Source: Octopus sinensis (lineage: Eukaryota). From it: 64,000 bases of DNA. Each line of letters begins with the position of its first letter. Position 1 is the first letter of the stretch. Of the stretch, positions 36,565 through 49,900 are shown piece after piece. Position numbers and translations under genes: made by a program. Where the stretch lies: NCBI RefSeq assembly GCF_006345805.1, contig NC_043014.1, forward strand, positions 1,736,001 through 1,800,000, read 5' to 3'. The notes under the pieces are model-generated. The model was not told where the DNA came from. It saw only the letters and a list, made by a program, of their open reading frames with translations, and did not search any database.

Positions 36565-39500
36565 CTGGAAAACACAAAAGAATCTTTGAAATATCTCACA
36601 ACAAATATCATCATCATCGTCATCATCTTTTTAATGTCTGTCATACAAATTGTCGCTTGATGTCTTTAATATGTCACCTAAGTTTTAACCTTTACGTTAC
36701 CCTATTTTTTGAAGCAGAGTGCTTTGCATCACGACCCTTCATCATCATTTAACGTCCATTTTCCAGCAGGCATGGGTTGAACAGTTTGACAGGAGCTGGC
36801 ATGGCTGGAGAGCTCTGCACCAAGCACCAAATTGTCTGTTTTGGCATGGTTTCTACAGCTGGATGCCCTTCTAAACACCAATCACTCAAGTGTGCACTGA
36901 GCGCTTTTTACATGGTACCAGCACAGGTGTCTTTTTTTTATGTGACACCATCATCATCATCGTTTAACGTCCACTTTCCATGCTAGCATGGGTTGGACGA
37001 TTTGACTGAAGGCTGGCGAACCAGATGGCTGCACCTGGCTCCAATCTTGATCTGGCAGAGTTTCTACAGCTAGATGCCCTTCCTAACGCCAACCACTCTG
37101 AGAGTGTAGTGGGTGCTTTTTACGTTCCAACTGCACGGAGGCCAGTCAGGCAGTACTGGCAATGACCTTGCTCAAATCTTTTTATACATGCCACCGGCAC
37201 AGGTGCCAGTAAGGCGACGCTGGTAATGATCACGCACAAATGATGCCCTCTGGCAACGATCACGCTCGGATGGTGCTCTTGGCACCCTACTAGCACAGGC
37301 ACAAGTGCCAGTAAGGCGACGCTGGTAATGATCACACTCGAACGGTGCCTTTTATGTGCCACTGGCACGGAAGCCAGTTAGCTGTTCTGGCAATGATCAC
37401 GCTCGGGTGGTGCTCTTAGCACCCTACTAGCATGGGGCACAAGTGCCAGTAAGGCGACGCTGGTAACGATCACACTCGAAAGGTGCCTTTTATATGCCAC
37501 TGGCACGGAAGCCGGTTAGCCGCTCTGGGTGCTTTTTATGCGGCACCACTACAAATGCTTTTAATGTGGCACCAGTATGGATGCTCCTTTTAGTTTTAAT
37601 TTTGAAATTAAACGAAGAATTTAGTCAAATATCTTTGTTGTTATGAAGCTGGTTTTTGGAACATAAACTGAGATTAAAGGTTTCCATTTTGATCACTTTA
37701 GATGCCTCATAGAACCAGGCAGACTGGTATCAAAATGGTTAAAGGTGGCGAGCTGGCAGAATCGGTAGCACACCGGGCGAAATGCGTAGCTGTATTTCGT
37801 CTGTCATTACGTTGTGAGTTCAAATTCCGACGAGGTCGACTTTGCCTTTCATCCTTTCGGCGTCGATAAATTAAGTACCAGTTACGCACTGGGGTCGATG
37901 TAATCGACTTAATACCTATGTCTGTCCTTGTTTGTCCCCTCTGTGTTTAGCCCCTTGTGGGTAATAAAGAAATAGGTATCAAAATGGTTAATACCCTCTG
38001 TCCTATCGACTGGTGTGGACAACCATCAAACAGGCTTAGAATGTCGTTACCATTTTTTAATGATGTTTATCCTGATAATTAGTGTAAGAGTGGCTGACAT
38101 GCTGTTAGACAGTTCTACAATGTCATCACCATTTATGTCCTCGGACCTATCAACTGGTGTATGAGTCGACAGCTACAATGTGGAATTGGTCACGAGAGAA
38201 ATATTGAGCTGACAGAGTCAATAGCGACTGTACTGTGTGTGTGTGTCTGTGTGTGTGTGTGTGTGTGTATACTGACCTGGTATATGAGACGTAAGACAGC
38301 CACTGGAGGTAGGATGGTATGGTGTCAAAGTTGACAAAGAAACCACTGAACAGAAGAATTGGGATAGTCATGACAGGACCAAGGAACACTGCCACCTGGA
38401 GGAGAGATAGAGAACTAAGGTTAGTGTCTGTTCATAATCAAGGGTTGGTTTTCAGTAGTTTGATCATGGCCATGCTGCAGCACTCGTATTGTGTTTTTTT
38501 TTTTTTGTGTTTGGAAGAATGAAGCTTCCAAATTGATCCACCACATCCCATTACATTGGCCCACCTACGATGAATGGAGGGGCAGTAATCTTGAAGACAA
38601 GCCTACGAAGGTCTAGGAACACTGATAATGGAGGAATAAACTTTACTGTTCTGAAGAAATAATCACAAGCAATGCCCCAGCATGGTCACACCTCAAAGAT
38701 TAAAACCAAGAACAGAATAACAGAAACTCATACAAAATTATAAAAAAAAAAAGAAAAAATTAGAAAGATAAAACATGTTTTAATATAAGTTATGGCCATT
38801 TGATTGAAGAAGTTCATTTCTCAACCTTGTCTTCTGGTTCAGTTCCACCCTAGACAAACATCTACTATGACCTCAGGTTGACAAATACTTTGTGAAGGAA
38901 TTTGGTCGATGGAAACTGATAGAAGCCTGATGAGTGTGTTGATGCTACAAACAGTGACATCACCATTTGTAGTTGGGCAGCAACAGGTAACACTTTCTGA
39001 CATTTATCATCATCATCGTTTAGCGTCCGCTTTCCATGCTGGCATGGGTTGGATGGTTCGACTGGGGTCTGGGAAGCCAGGAGGCTGCACCAGGCCCAGT
39101 CAGATCTGGCAGTGTTTCTACAGCTGGATGCCCTTCCTAACGCCAACCACTCCGTGAGTATAGTGGATGCTTTTTACGTGCCACCGGCACAGGTGCCAGA
39201 CGAAGCTGGCAAACGGCCATGATCGGTTGGTGCTTTTTACGTGCTGTCAAAATGTCCACAGGCTCTATACTATTCAGCTCTCCACTGAATTCTTCAGGAA
39301 AAAAAAGGAAAAAGAATGTCTTATTTGTGACCCAGTGAGTTGACTGGGTGTATTTACGCCTGGGTTCAGATCCATTTTGTTGTACCTTGGGCAAGTGTCT
39401 TCTGCTAGAGTACAGAGCTGACCAGCCCCAGGTGAGGGAATAACAAGAACTGGAAATGGCAGAAAGCCCCTTGCCTATATCTGGAGGCTGTGTGTATGTG

Positions 39501-39865
39501 CACACATGAATGTGCATCTGTGTTTCTAACCCTGACCCTGCTGGAGCCAAGTGGCGTTCAGACTGACATGACAGACCACTGTGCTCTGTGGGATAAAGAT
39601 GTGTTTTACTTGTTAACAGGTAAAGGTTTGAGACAGGAAGAGCAACCAGTTGTAAATGACTCATACAATAATCCCTCACCATATTGTGGTTCACCTATCG
39701 CAGGTGTAGGAGTGGCTGTGTGGTAAGTAGCTTGCTTACAAACCACATGGTTCCGGGTTCAGTTCCACTGCGTGGCACCTTGGGCAAGTGCCTACTACTA
39801 TAGCCTTGGGCCGACCAAAGCCTTGTGAGTGGATTTGGTAGATGGAAACTGAAAGAAGCCTGTCG

Positions 39866-39896
<31 letters not shown>

Positions 39897-40864
39897 ATGT
39901 GTTTGTCCCCACAACATTGCTTGATAACTGATGCTGGTGTTTTTACGTCCCCGTAACTTAGCGGTTTGGCAAAAGAGACCAATAGAATAAGTACTAGGCT
40001 TCCAAAGAATAAGTTCTGGGAGTCGATTTGCTCGACTAAAGGCTGTGCTCCAGCATGGCCACAGTCAAATGACTGAAACAAGTAAAAGAGTAAATTATAA
40101 AAATAATTTTAAAAAATATACAGCCCCATATATACTGTTATATGGGTATTTTATGCGTTGAAAAATATCTCTTCTTGTACTACAATACATTTCAGCGCTT
40201 CCAAAACAAACCTAAGTTTGTTTACATATGATGTAATATATATTACGTCTATCGTCGCTGGATGGCTAAGTTCTAAATTTCAGAAGAATTTGTCAGTAAA
40301 GCAGTTTACCTTAATGGTAGAGCACTTGACTGGAAATCAAAGGATTGTGAGTTCAATTCTCATGGCTGGTTGCTGATAGATTTTTCTGCTCTGTAAGGGA
40401 TATTATCCCATATATATACTGTTTATATCAGTATTTTATGCGTTAAAAAAAAATATCTTTCTACTAGTACAGTACTGTTTCTACTGCACAAATTTTCACC
40501 TATCGCGGAGGTTTTGGAACATAATAACCATGATAGTCAAGGGATTACTGTATATATATATATCACCGTGACCGACCAGGCTATCAGATGTTGCTACACA
40601 TCGCTGGTCACAATGCGCTTTGCATTGTTTTAGCCTTCAAATGATGCCACCCCGCTGGCTAAGCAAGCAGGCCAACAGAAGAAAAAGTGAGAGAAAGTTG
40701 TGGCGAAAGAGTACAGCAGGGATCACCACCATCCCTGCCAGAGCCTCGTGGAGCTTTAGGTGTTTTCGCTCAATAAACACTCACAACGCCCGGTCTGGGA
40801 ATCGAAACCACAATCCTACGACTGCGAGTCCGCTACCCTAACCACTGGGTCATTGCGCATCCAC

Positions 40865-40907
<43 letters not shown>

Positions 40908-43900
40908 GAGGGGGAAGAGAGATAGGTGGAGTGACATAAAATAATATTACCTGTAGTGATGTTGCTGCTCCAATTAAGAGTCCCATGGATTGGGCCACCA
41001 AAGATGTCTGGGTTGCTAACGTCATGAACATGAAGAAGCGGACAAAGTCACATGGCTGTGAGGTCATCCAGTACACGATACTGCCATACACAAGGGGCAG
41101 GATCACCTGTGGGAGTAAAGGGTGATAGGGAGAGGAAAAGAAACAGTGAGAGGTGTTATATTTCATGGTTGATATATGTGGTGTAATAGAGTGTCTTGTT
41201 TAAGGATATAATGATTTTGGACATGTGAGGAACACATCAACAGACAGGCAAGACGATATGAGAGAGGGTGTGATGCAGAGGTTGGTATGATGAGACATTA
41301 AGACACCTTGTAATGACATGAATAAGATCTGGTCATCAAATCTAAGTAGAGACTTCAAACTTGAAATCTTCAAAGCCACAGTCGAACCAATTCTACTATA
41401 TGGCTCAGAAACCTGGACGTTATCAAAGAAGCTTGAGAGGTGGTTGGATGGAACCTACACTCGCCTCCTTATGAGAACTCAAAATCTCTCGTGGAAGCGT
41501 CATCCAACCAAAATGCATATATATGGGAAACTACCACCTGTATCATCTCTTGTGAAAGATAGGAGAGTCCAGTTTGCTGGACATTGTTGTAGAGCTGAAA
41601 AAGAGGTAATTTCTACTCTTCTTCTCTGGAAGCCATCTGCTCGCAATACCAGAGGGCGCACACTCTCCTACCCTGATGTAATCTCCAGAGATACAGGCAT
41701 CCAGCAACAGGACCTCCGTAATGCCATGATGGACCGTGAAGTCTGGTGTAGCATGGTAAATTCCATTGTCTCGACCACGGTCGAACAATGATGATGAAGA
41801 CAGGTTAAGACAACCTAAGTCAATAAGACAGAAATAAGCTAAAATCATAGATTCTACGAAAGGAAAAAGTCATGTTATTAAATGTAAGATGGTGAGAGTA
41901 AGGAACATAGTAATGATAGAGATGTAAGGAGCGTAGTAATGATAGAGTTGTAAGGAGCGTAGTAATGATAGAGATGTAAGGAGCGTAGTAATGATAGAGA
42001 TGTAAGGAGCGTAGTAATGATAGAGATGTAAGGAGCGTAGTAATGATAGAGATGTAAGGAGCGTAGTAATGATAGAGATGTAAGGAGCGTAGTAATGAGA
42101 GATGTAAGGAGCGTAGTAATGATAGAGATGTAAGGAGCGTAGTAATGATAGAGATGTAAGGAGCGTAGTAATGATGGAGATGTAAGGAGCGTAGTAATGA
42201 TGGAGATGTAAGGAGCGTAGTAATGATGGAGATGTAAGGAGCGTAGTAATGATGGAGATGTAAGGAGCGTAGTAATGATAGAGATGTAAGGAGCGTAGTA
42301 ATGATAGAGATGTAAGGAGCGTAGTAATGATAGAGATGTAAGGAGCGTAGTAATGATGGAGATGTAAGGAGCGTAGTAATGATGGAGATGTAAGGAGCGT
42401 AGTAATGATGGAGATGTAAGGAGCGTAGTAATGATGGAGATGTAAGGAGCGTAGTAATGATGGAGATGTAAGGAGCGTAGTAATGATGGAGATGTAAGGA
42501 GCGTAGTAATGATGGAGATGTAAGGATGACAGTTGTGATGCTGCTACTAATGATATCAATATTCTTTTCTACTCTAGGCACAAGGCCCAAAATTTTAGAG
42601 GAGGATTCCAGTTGATTGCATTGACCCCAGTACGTAACTGGTACTTAATTCATCAACCCAGTAAGGATGAAAGGCAAAGCCGACCTCGGCGGAATTTGAA
42701 CTCAGAACGTAAAGACAGGCGAAATACTGTTAAGCATTTCGCTCAGCGTGCCAACGATTCTGCCAGCTCTCTGCCTTTAAATAATGATATCAATATTGTT
42801 AATAATGGTGTTAATGATGATGATGATACTGAAGAGAGGATGATGATAGCAGATGGTGATGGTAGTGGTGTAATTGCAGAAGGGTTAAGAATGGTGAGAA
42901 TGAGGTAATTACCTGGAAAGGCATATCAGCCATTGTTTTTGCAAGGTAGTAAGCTTTCAGGCTGTACCAGTAATTCAAATGTTCACGTACAAATACTGAC
43001 AATTCCATGGGAACTGGAACAAAGAGAGGGACAAGATGCAGACAAAGTTTGACAGACATTACACAACTATATAAATATACATATATACATATATATACAC
43101 ACACACAATGGGCTTCTATCAGTTTCCGTCTACCAAATCCACTCACAAGGCTCTCAATGACTTCCTATGACTTCTCTCCTCTCAACCAATATGCTACCTT
43201 TCATAAGAGTTTGTCTAGTCCATTTTTCCAATCCAACGAGGCTGTCAATGACTCTCACCACAACAGATCTTATGTGGTATTTTTAAGCCTAGACATTCTT
43301 TTAAAAAGACATCCACATAAATTGCACACGAGTTTTGGTGCCGCCTGAACCATCTCTGGTGTTTAATCTTAAAGACTCTTGAAATGTTTCTTCAGACCAC
43401 CTCAAGATTTGCAGATCTTGTGACATCACAAGAACAATCTTATAGGTATGTTCTATGACAAGTAGGAAGGACACACACAATCTAGACACTGGTGTGGCTG
43501 TCATCGTTATCATTATCATCGTTCAACGTCCGTTCTCCGTGCTAGCATAGGTTGGACGGTTCAACTGGGTTCTGGGAAGCCAGGAGGCTGCACCAGGCTC
43601 CAGTCTGATCTGGCAGTGTTTCTACAGCTTGATGCCCTTCCTAACGCCAACCACTCCAAGAGTGTAGTGGGTGCTTTTTATGTGCCAGGCAAGGCTGACA
43701 ACAGCCACGATCGGTTGGAGCTATGTACGTGCCACCGGCACGGAAGCCAGTTAAGGCGGAGCTGGCATTGGCCACGTTTGGATGGTGCTTTTTACATGCC
43801 ACCGGCACAGGTATAACAGCTACAATTTCTATTTGATCTTTTGATGTTGATGTACTTGACTCAACAGGTCTCCTCAAGCACAGCAAGTCGCCCTACGATC

Positions 43901-46900
43901 CAAGGATATGAAATTCACTTAGTAACCACATGGTCTTGAGTTCTATCACACAGCATGCCGTTCTGTAGCTTTCAGTGAAGTAATACTTTGTGAGGGAAAT
44001 TAAGAGATTAAAAACTGCATGGAAATCTGTGTGTGTGCATGTGCGAGAGTCAACAAGTAGTAAATCTTAAGAATACTTACATGTCAAAATGGTTGGCATG
44101 AGGGCTGTAAACATGAGGAAGAGCATACAGAAGAAGAGACAACCTGTGTTGTTGAAGACTTTGCTAGCTTCATTACCGATTCCCAAATAAAGTAATCCAA
44201 TGAGGACGCCAACAGATACATGGGCGAGTAATCGTAGTCTGGTCAGTGTCTGGAGAGAGAAAGAGAAACAAGGAGAGAATGAGAAAGACATGGATTAGAC
44301 ATAGGGGACATGTTTAATTACTGGGATAATGATTAGACATAGGGGAGGTGTTTCATCATCATCATCATCGTTTAACATCTGTTTTCTGCACTAGCACGGG
44401 TTGGACGATTCGACCAGGGTCTGGGAAGCCAGGAGGCTGCACCAGGCTCCAGTCTGATCTGGCAGAGTTTCTACAGCTGGATGCCCTTCCTAACACCAAC
44501 CACTCCGCGAGTGTAGTGGGTGCTTTTTACGTGCCACCTGCACAGGTGTCAGGGGAGTCTGGCATCTGCCACGATCGGTTGGTGCTTTTAACGTGTCACC
44601 GGCACGGAAGCCAGCGTAGGCGGCGCTGGCATCGGCCACGTTCGGATGGTGCATTTTATGTGCCACCAGCACAGAAGCCAGTCGAGGCGGCGCTGGCATC
44701 GGCCATGTTCTGGGATAATATTTTAACACAAACACACACAGGTGCATGTAATGAAGTATGGTTAACGAGTTTGCTTTGCAATCACAAGACAAGGGGGAAT
44801 CTTGCCACCATTCATTACAAGCCCCATGACCAAGCTTCCACACAGTGCAACAGAACATGGGATTTCAGGAATGCCAACAGAATTGTTAATCCTTCAATCA
44901 TATTGTTGAACGCCACACCATTTACATAATTCTTTTGTTTCTTGGAATAGGATTCAGGTAGAATATCTAGCAGGTGCTTTCAACAGACCCTCTTTCATAA
45001 TATTTCCTGGGATCACAGATTTAGTAAAATAATTTTATATATCTTCCTCAAACATGAAAGTATTTCAGATCAAAAACACGAGATTTCTTTGGAAGATTTA
45101 AAAAAAAACATAACAAATGTATCATAGGTGTGGCTGTGTGGTAAGTAGCTTGCTTCCCAACCACATGGTTCCGGGTTCAGTCCCACTGCGTGGCACCTTG
45201 GGCAAGTGTCTTCTACTATAGCCTTGGGCTGACCAAAGCCTTGTGAGTGGATTTGGTAGACGGAAACTGAAAGACACCCCCACCCCCACCCCACCACCTC
45301 CTCCTCATGAAAACTGTGGAAATAAAATAAGATAATCTTACCGTATCTCGAAGAATTGTGATGAAGGTTCGAATGAAGAGAATTCTGAACTGAGTGAAAC
45401 AACTTGTGGCAAATGTGTGGAATTCATAGTCGTTCTCCTGGAATATTGAAACATTGGAATGGTGACACACAGACAGATTATATAGCAGGGAGGGGGGGAG
45501 AAATAACATATGAAAAAGTGAAAGCGGTAGATTTATAACGGACACCTAACAACAGTTGTCAAACAATCAGGTCTTTCTAATTCAGAGAATCCATTAGTGG
45601 GTGACTAAGCCTGCTTAATTAATCAATTAATTAATTAATAAATAACCAAGATGTGAAATTGGCCTCCATTCCTGAGCCACATTCACATGAGTAGAAAGAT
45701 TAGTTACACCCAACAGGGCAAATTTACTGAACATTCATTAATTTTACAGTGCTCCAACTGTTTACATGTGACCAGCTGTTCCAATACTGTGTTACCTCGT
45801 TTACAGGTAGGTAGACTGTTCCTGTAGCATCACACATGAAGCTAAATGGATTGTTCCGACCCAATGGTACCTTTCACAAGTAGGTGGACTGTTCTCACAT
45901 TGCAGGATTTATTTCTTTTTTACTCTAGGCACAAGGCCTCAAGTTTTTGGGGAGAGGGTCAGTCGATTAGATCGACCCCAGTACACAACTGGTACTTAAT
46001 TTATCGACCCCGAAAGGATGAAAGGCAAAGTCGACCTCGGCGGAATTTGAACTCAGAACATAAAGACAGACTAGATACCGCTAAGCATCTCACCCAGCGT
46101 GCTAACGTTTCTGCCAGCTTGCCCCCTTATTGCAGGATTTATTTGTAGCTAGGCTTACTATCCCTATACACTGGGACCTATTAACAGCTGAGTGGATTGC
46201 TCTTATAGTATTTCACTTCTGACTAAGTGAACAGATCCAACTTTGTGGTACCTTACTTACAACTAAGAAAACTGATCCTACCCTGAAATTCTTTCACTAC
46301 ACCACCACCACCATTAACAAGAACAGGAGTACAACCATGGCTAACACTACTAAAAACACCAGTCAAGCATCCAACAACAACAACAGCAGCAACAATAAAG
46401 GCATATACTTACATCTGCTTTGGTGACAATAGTCGGAGTGTTTATGTGAGGTTTAATGTGGTCCACCTGCACAGGTATGTGATTATTGGTGTAACCATTA
46501 CATAGGTTCGACAAAGCCGCCGGTTCCATTAATTTCTTCTTCTCCTCCAATTCCGGGTTCCAGTCATACTCATGCTGGTTGTGGTGCACCGTCTGTGTAC
46601 CATTAACCATCATAGCTTCTTTCTCACACCGCATCAACGCTGCTTTTTCCTGGTCGTTGATGACAATCTCCGGAGAAGGAAGAGGTCGGACACAGCGACC
46701 ATTCTTCACAGCCAGAATCAACTGATTCACTTTCTCAATACCATACTCTCCAACGGCAACTTCAATAGCTGTAGCCAAGAAATAACAAAAAAAAACAGTG
46801 TTAAAATAACAACACAAGAACAATAAAGTTTGATATGGTGGTAGTTTAACGCTTCAATGGAGAAAGAGAGCGACCTGACGTTTCAGACAGTTGTCCTTCA

Positions 46901-49900
46901 TCAGGAAACCAAAAAAGGAAAGTAATTGTTATGCATGTATGAATGAGTAAATGAGTAGACCCATGGTTCTCAACCATTTTTTTGTCTACTGACCCCTTTG
47001 ATTATTATTTTATTTATTCTGGACCCCCCCCCCATAGCCGTTCGATGTTTAAAAACTAGTTTTATAGAAATTTCTTTCAAAATTCCTATTTCGTTTTTCA
47101 CACATTCCCTTGCTTAGATTGATTTATGTAAAATGTTTGAGAAAGAAATTTAGCTATTTCTTCCAATAAATACATTTCACGACTAAATTTTTTCCATGGA
47201 ATCCTTAGTTTACTGCTGTGAATCCCTAATTTACTAATGTGCTTTGCATGGACCCCAAAAATCTTATATGAACTCTGGTGGAGAAGAGGTCTACAGCTTA
47301 CATGGGTGTGTATGTGTGTGGGGTCCACAATTCACTTGGGTGTGTATGTACACGTATCTATGTGTGGTTCATAACTTATTGGGTGTGTATGTGTGAGCAT
47401 GTGTCTGTGTGTGTGTTTATGCAAGCGTGTGAGAAAGAGTGAGAGGGTCACATGGTGAGAAGAGAAGAAAAGCTGTTAAATTTACCAAAATCTGCAGGGT
47501 TGTGGTATGGTGGACAGACAACTCCTTGTTTTTCAAAATATGGCAGTAAATTGGAAACACATCCACGGTAGATACACTGACCTTCAGCCAGCATGTATAA
47601 CTGAAAAGACAAACAGACAGACAAATAGTTCAACTAAAATAGATGGTATTCATAAAAGATTACATTTCTTTGTGGCTTCAATGTTTGACCATTTTTAACC
47701 CCTCATAAACAGATCTTTCTATTTAACCCTTTAGTGTTCGCATTATTCTACCAAAATTAATCCCTTTTCATCCACTTTGTTTTGAATTAATCATGCATTA
47801 TCTTGTAGCTATGAGATTTTGATGAGGTAGCTATTAATTTTTAAGATGATATTGTAGGGTTGGTGTAAGAGACCAGATCTGGCCAGTTTGAACATAAAAC
47901 AGGTAGAATACTTTTGGCCGGATATGGCCAGTTTAAATGCTAAAGGGTTAAGCAAACCCTATTTGGATGTGGGGCTACATATACAGATGGACAAAGGGAG
48001 GCTGAGAAGGGCCAGTTAGCAACAAAACAAATAGCTGAGTTAGTAATGAAGCGCAGTGGCTCATTAGCAACAAGACAAAGTGGCCAGTTAGTGAACAAAA
48101 AAATGCAGTACCCTATTAGCAACAGGGCGTAGTGCCCTGTTAGCAACAGGGTGCAATATGCAATTAGCTGTGGTGTGCCACAACAGCTGATTAGCATCAC
48201 TGCACATTGCCCAGTCAGGTGAAATGTAGGAACGAGATGTGGTCCTTTGGCCTGCCTAGGGAAGCAGCAACTCAGAGCAAGAATTGTCTTGGACTGTGAG
48301 AACTACTCTGACCCATACCAGCATGGAAAGTAGATGTCAAATGATGATGCCATTTCACCAATGTACTGACAAGAGAGTCCTCCTATAAACCCATCTCACC
48401 ATATCTAGGGAGGAAAAAGTGGAAAAAGAAACAAAGGGTTGTTACTCACATGGTCAAACATCTCAAAGAGTTTTGCACTGGGTTGATGTATAGTACAGAC
48501 AACGGTTCTGCCGCCAGCAGCCAAAGACTTCAATAAAGATATACACTGATAACAGGAGGCACTGTCCAAACCACTGGGGAAGAGAAAAGGTAAAGGTGTT
48601 AGATGTCTGCTGAGAAACAGGAAAACCATTAGCAATCACATGGGAGAGAGAGAGAGAGTGCGTGTGTGTGTGTGTGTGTGTGTGCTGAAGACAAATATCA
48701 AAATGTTCGTTCAACAACAGGTATCAAGGCCTATCATTAAATCAACGAATGTCAAACTGTCTGTTCAAAACGTATCAAAATTCAAAGTGATTTTACTGAA
48801 CAAATTGTGTCACAGTGTCTGTCTGTTGAACAACAAGACTCAAACTGCATGTCTGTTGAGCAACAAGGTTTAAAGTGTGTGTCCTTTAAAACAACAAAGC
48901 TCAAAGTGTCTTCCGAACAACTTTTGTCTAAGTTCAAAGTGTCTGTCTGTTGCGTAACAAAACTCTAAGCATCAGTTTATTGAATGACTTGCAACAAAGG
49001 GCCGGCCTATTCAACAACAGGCATCAGAGTGTCTGTCTATTGAAAAATCAAGTATCAAAGTGTCTATTGGACAACAGTTATCAATGTGTGTGTGTGTGTG
49101 TGTGTGTGTTGAACCAACAAGCATCAAAGTGTTTCTGCATTCAATAAACTGTCAGAGTCTCTGTCTATTTAACAAGAATTAAGGTAGGTGCTGAACAGCA
49201 AGAGACAGAATATCTATTTAACAAGTATTAAGGTGTTTGATGAACAACAAATATTAAAGACTCTATTTATTTAATAACAGATGTCAAAAGTGTTTGTTTC
49301 ATGGGTGAAGACGTGGATCTGTTGAACAACAGATGTCTAAATGCACAAGTAAGAAGAGAATAGAAAAGAGAGGTGAAGGCATCATAAAACGACAGTTTTA
49401 CCTGGTCGGTTCATCAAAGAACATAATTGGTGGGTTATTAACGAGCTCTAGAGCAATGGACAGTCTCTTTCTCTGTCCACCTGACAAGTTGCCAGTCCGT
49501 GTCTTTTTGGTCTCTGTTAGTCCAAGAGTCTCAAGAATTTCATCAACCTGGAAAACAAAAAAAAAACCCTATTATTTACCGGTTTGTTCTTTGTCACAAG
49601 AGATCATGAGTTCAAGTACAAGAGGTGTTAGAGTACAAGTAGATGCAAGGAATTCTGAGTACAAGGTGTTGCAAAAGCTACGATATTTTGATTGGCTCAA
49701 ATCTCTACAGTTCTTCCTTACTATGTACTCCTTACTGTACAATTGGTGAGTGGATCACCCGACTGACCCAGGCACATCATGGGACCTGACACCTCAGACC
49801 ATTCTGGTAGACAACTACTGACCTTAACTATCAACCAGACTAACTATACAACAAGTGGCCTCACCATCATATGGATCCGTGAACGAGGAACCAGTATTCA

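Noticed and set aside
41820-42590. 256-aa and 229-aa ORFs; possible CRISPR-like array
   Set aside because: Pure 26-bp tandem repeat with no unique spacers; the ORFs are a by-product.
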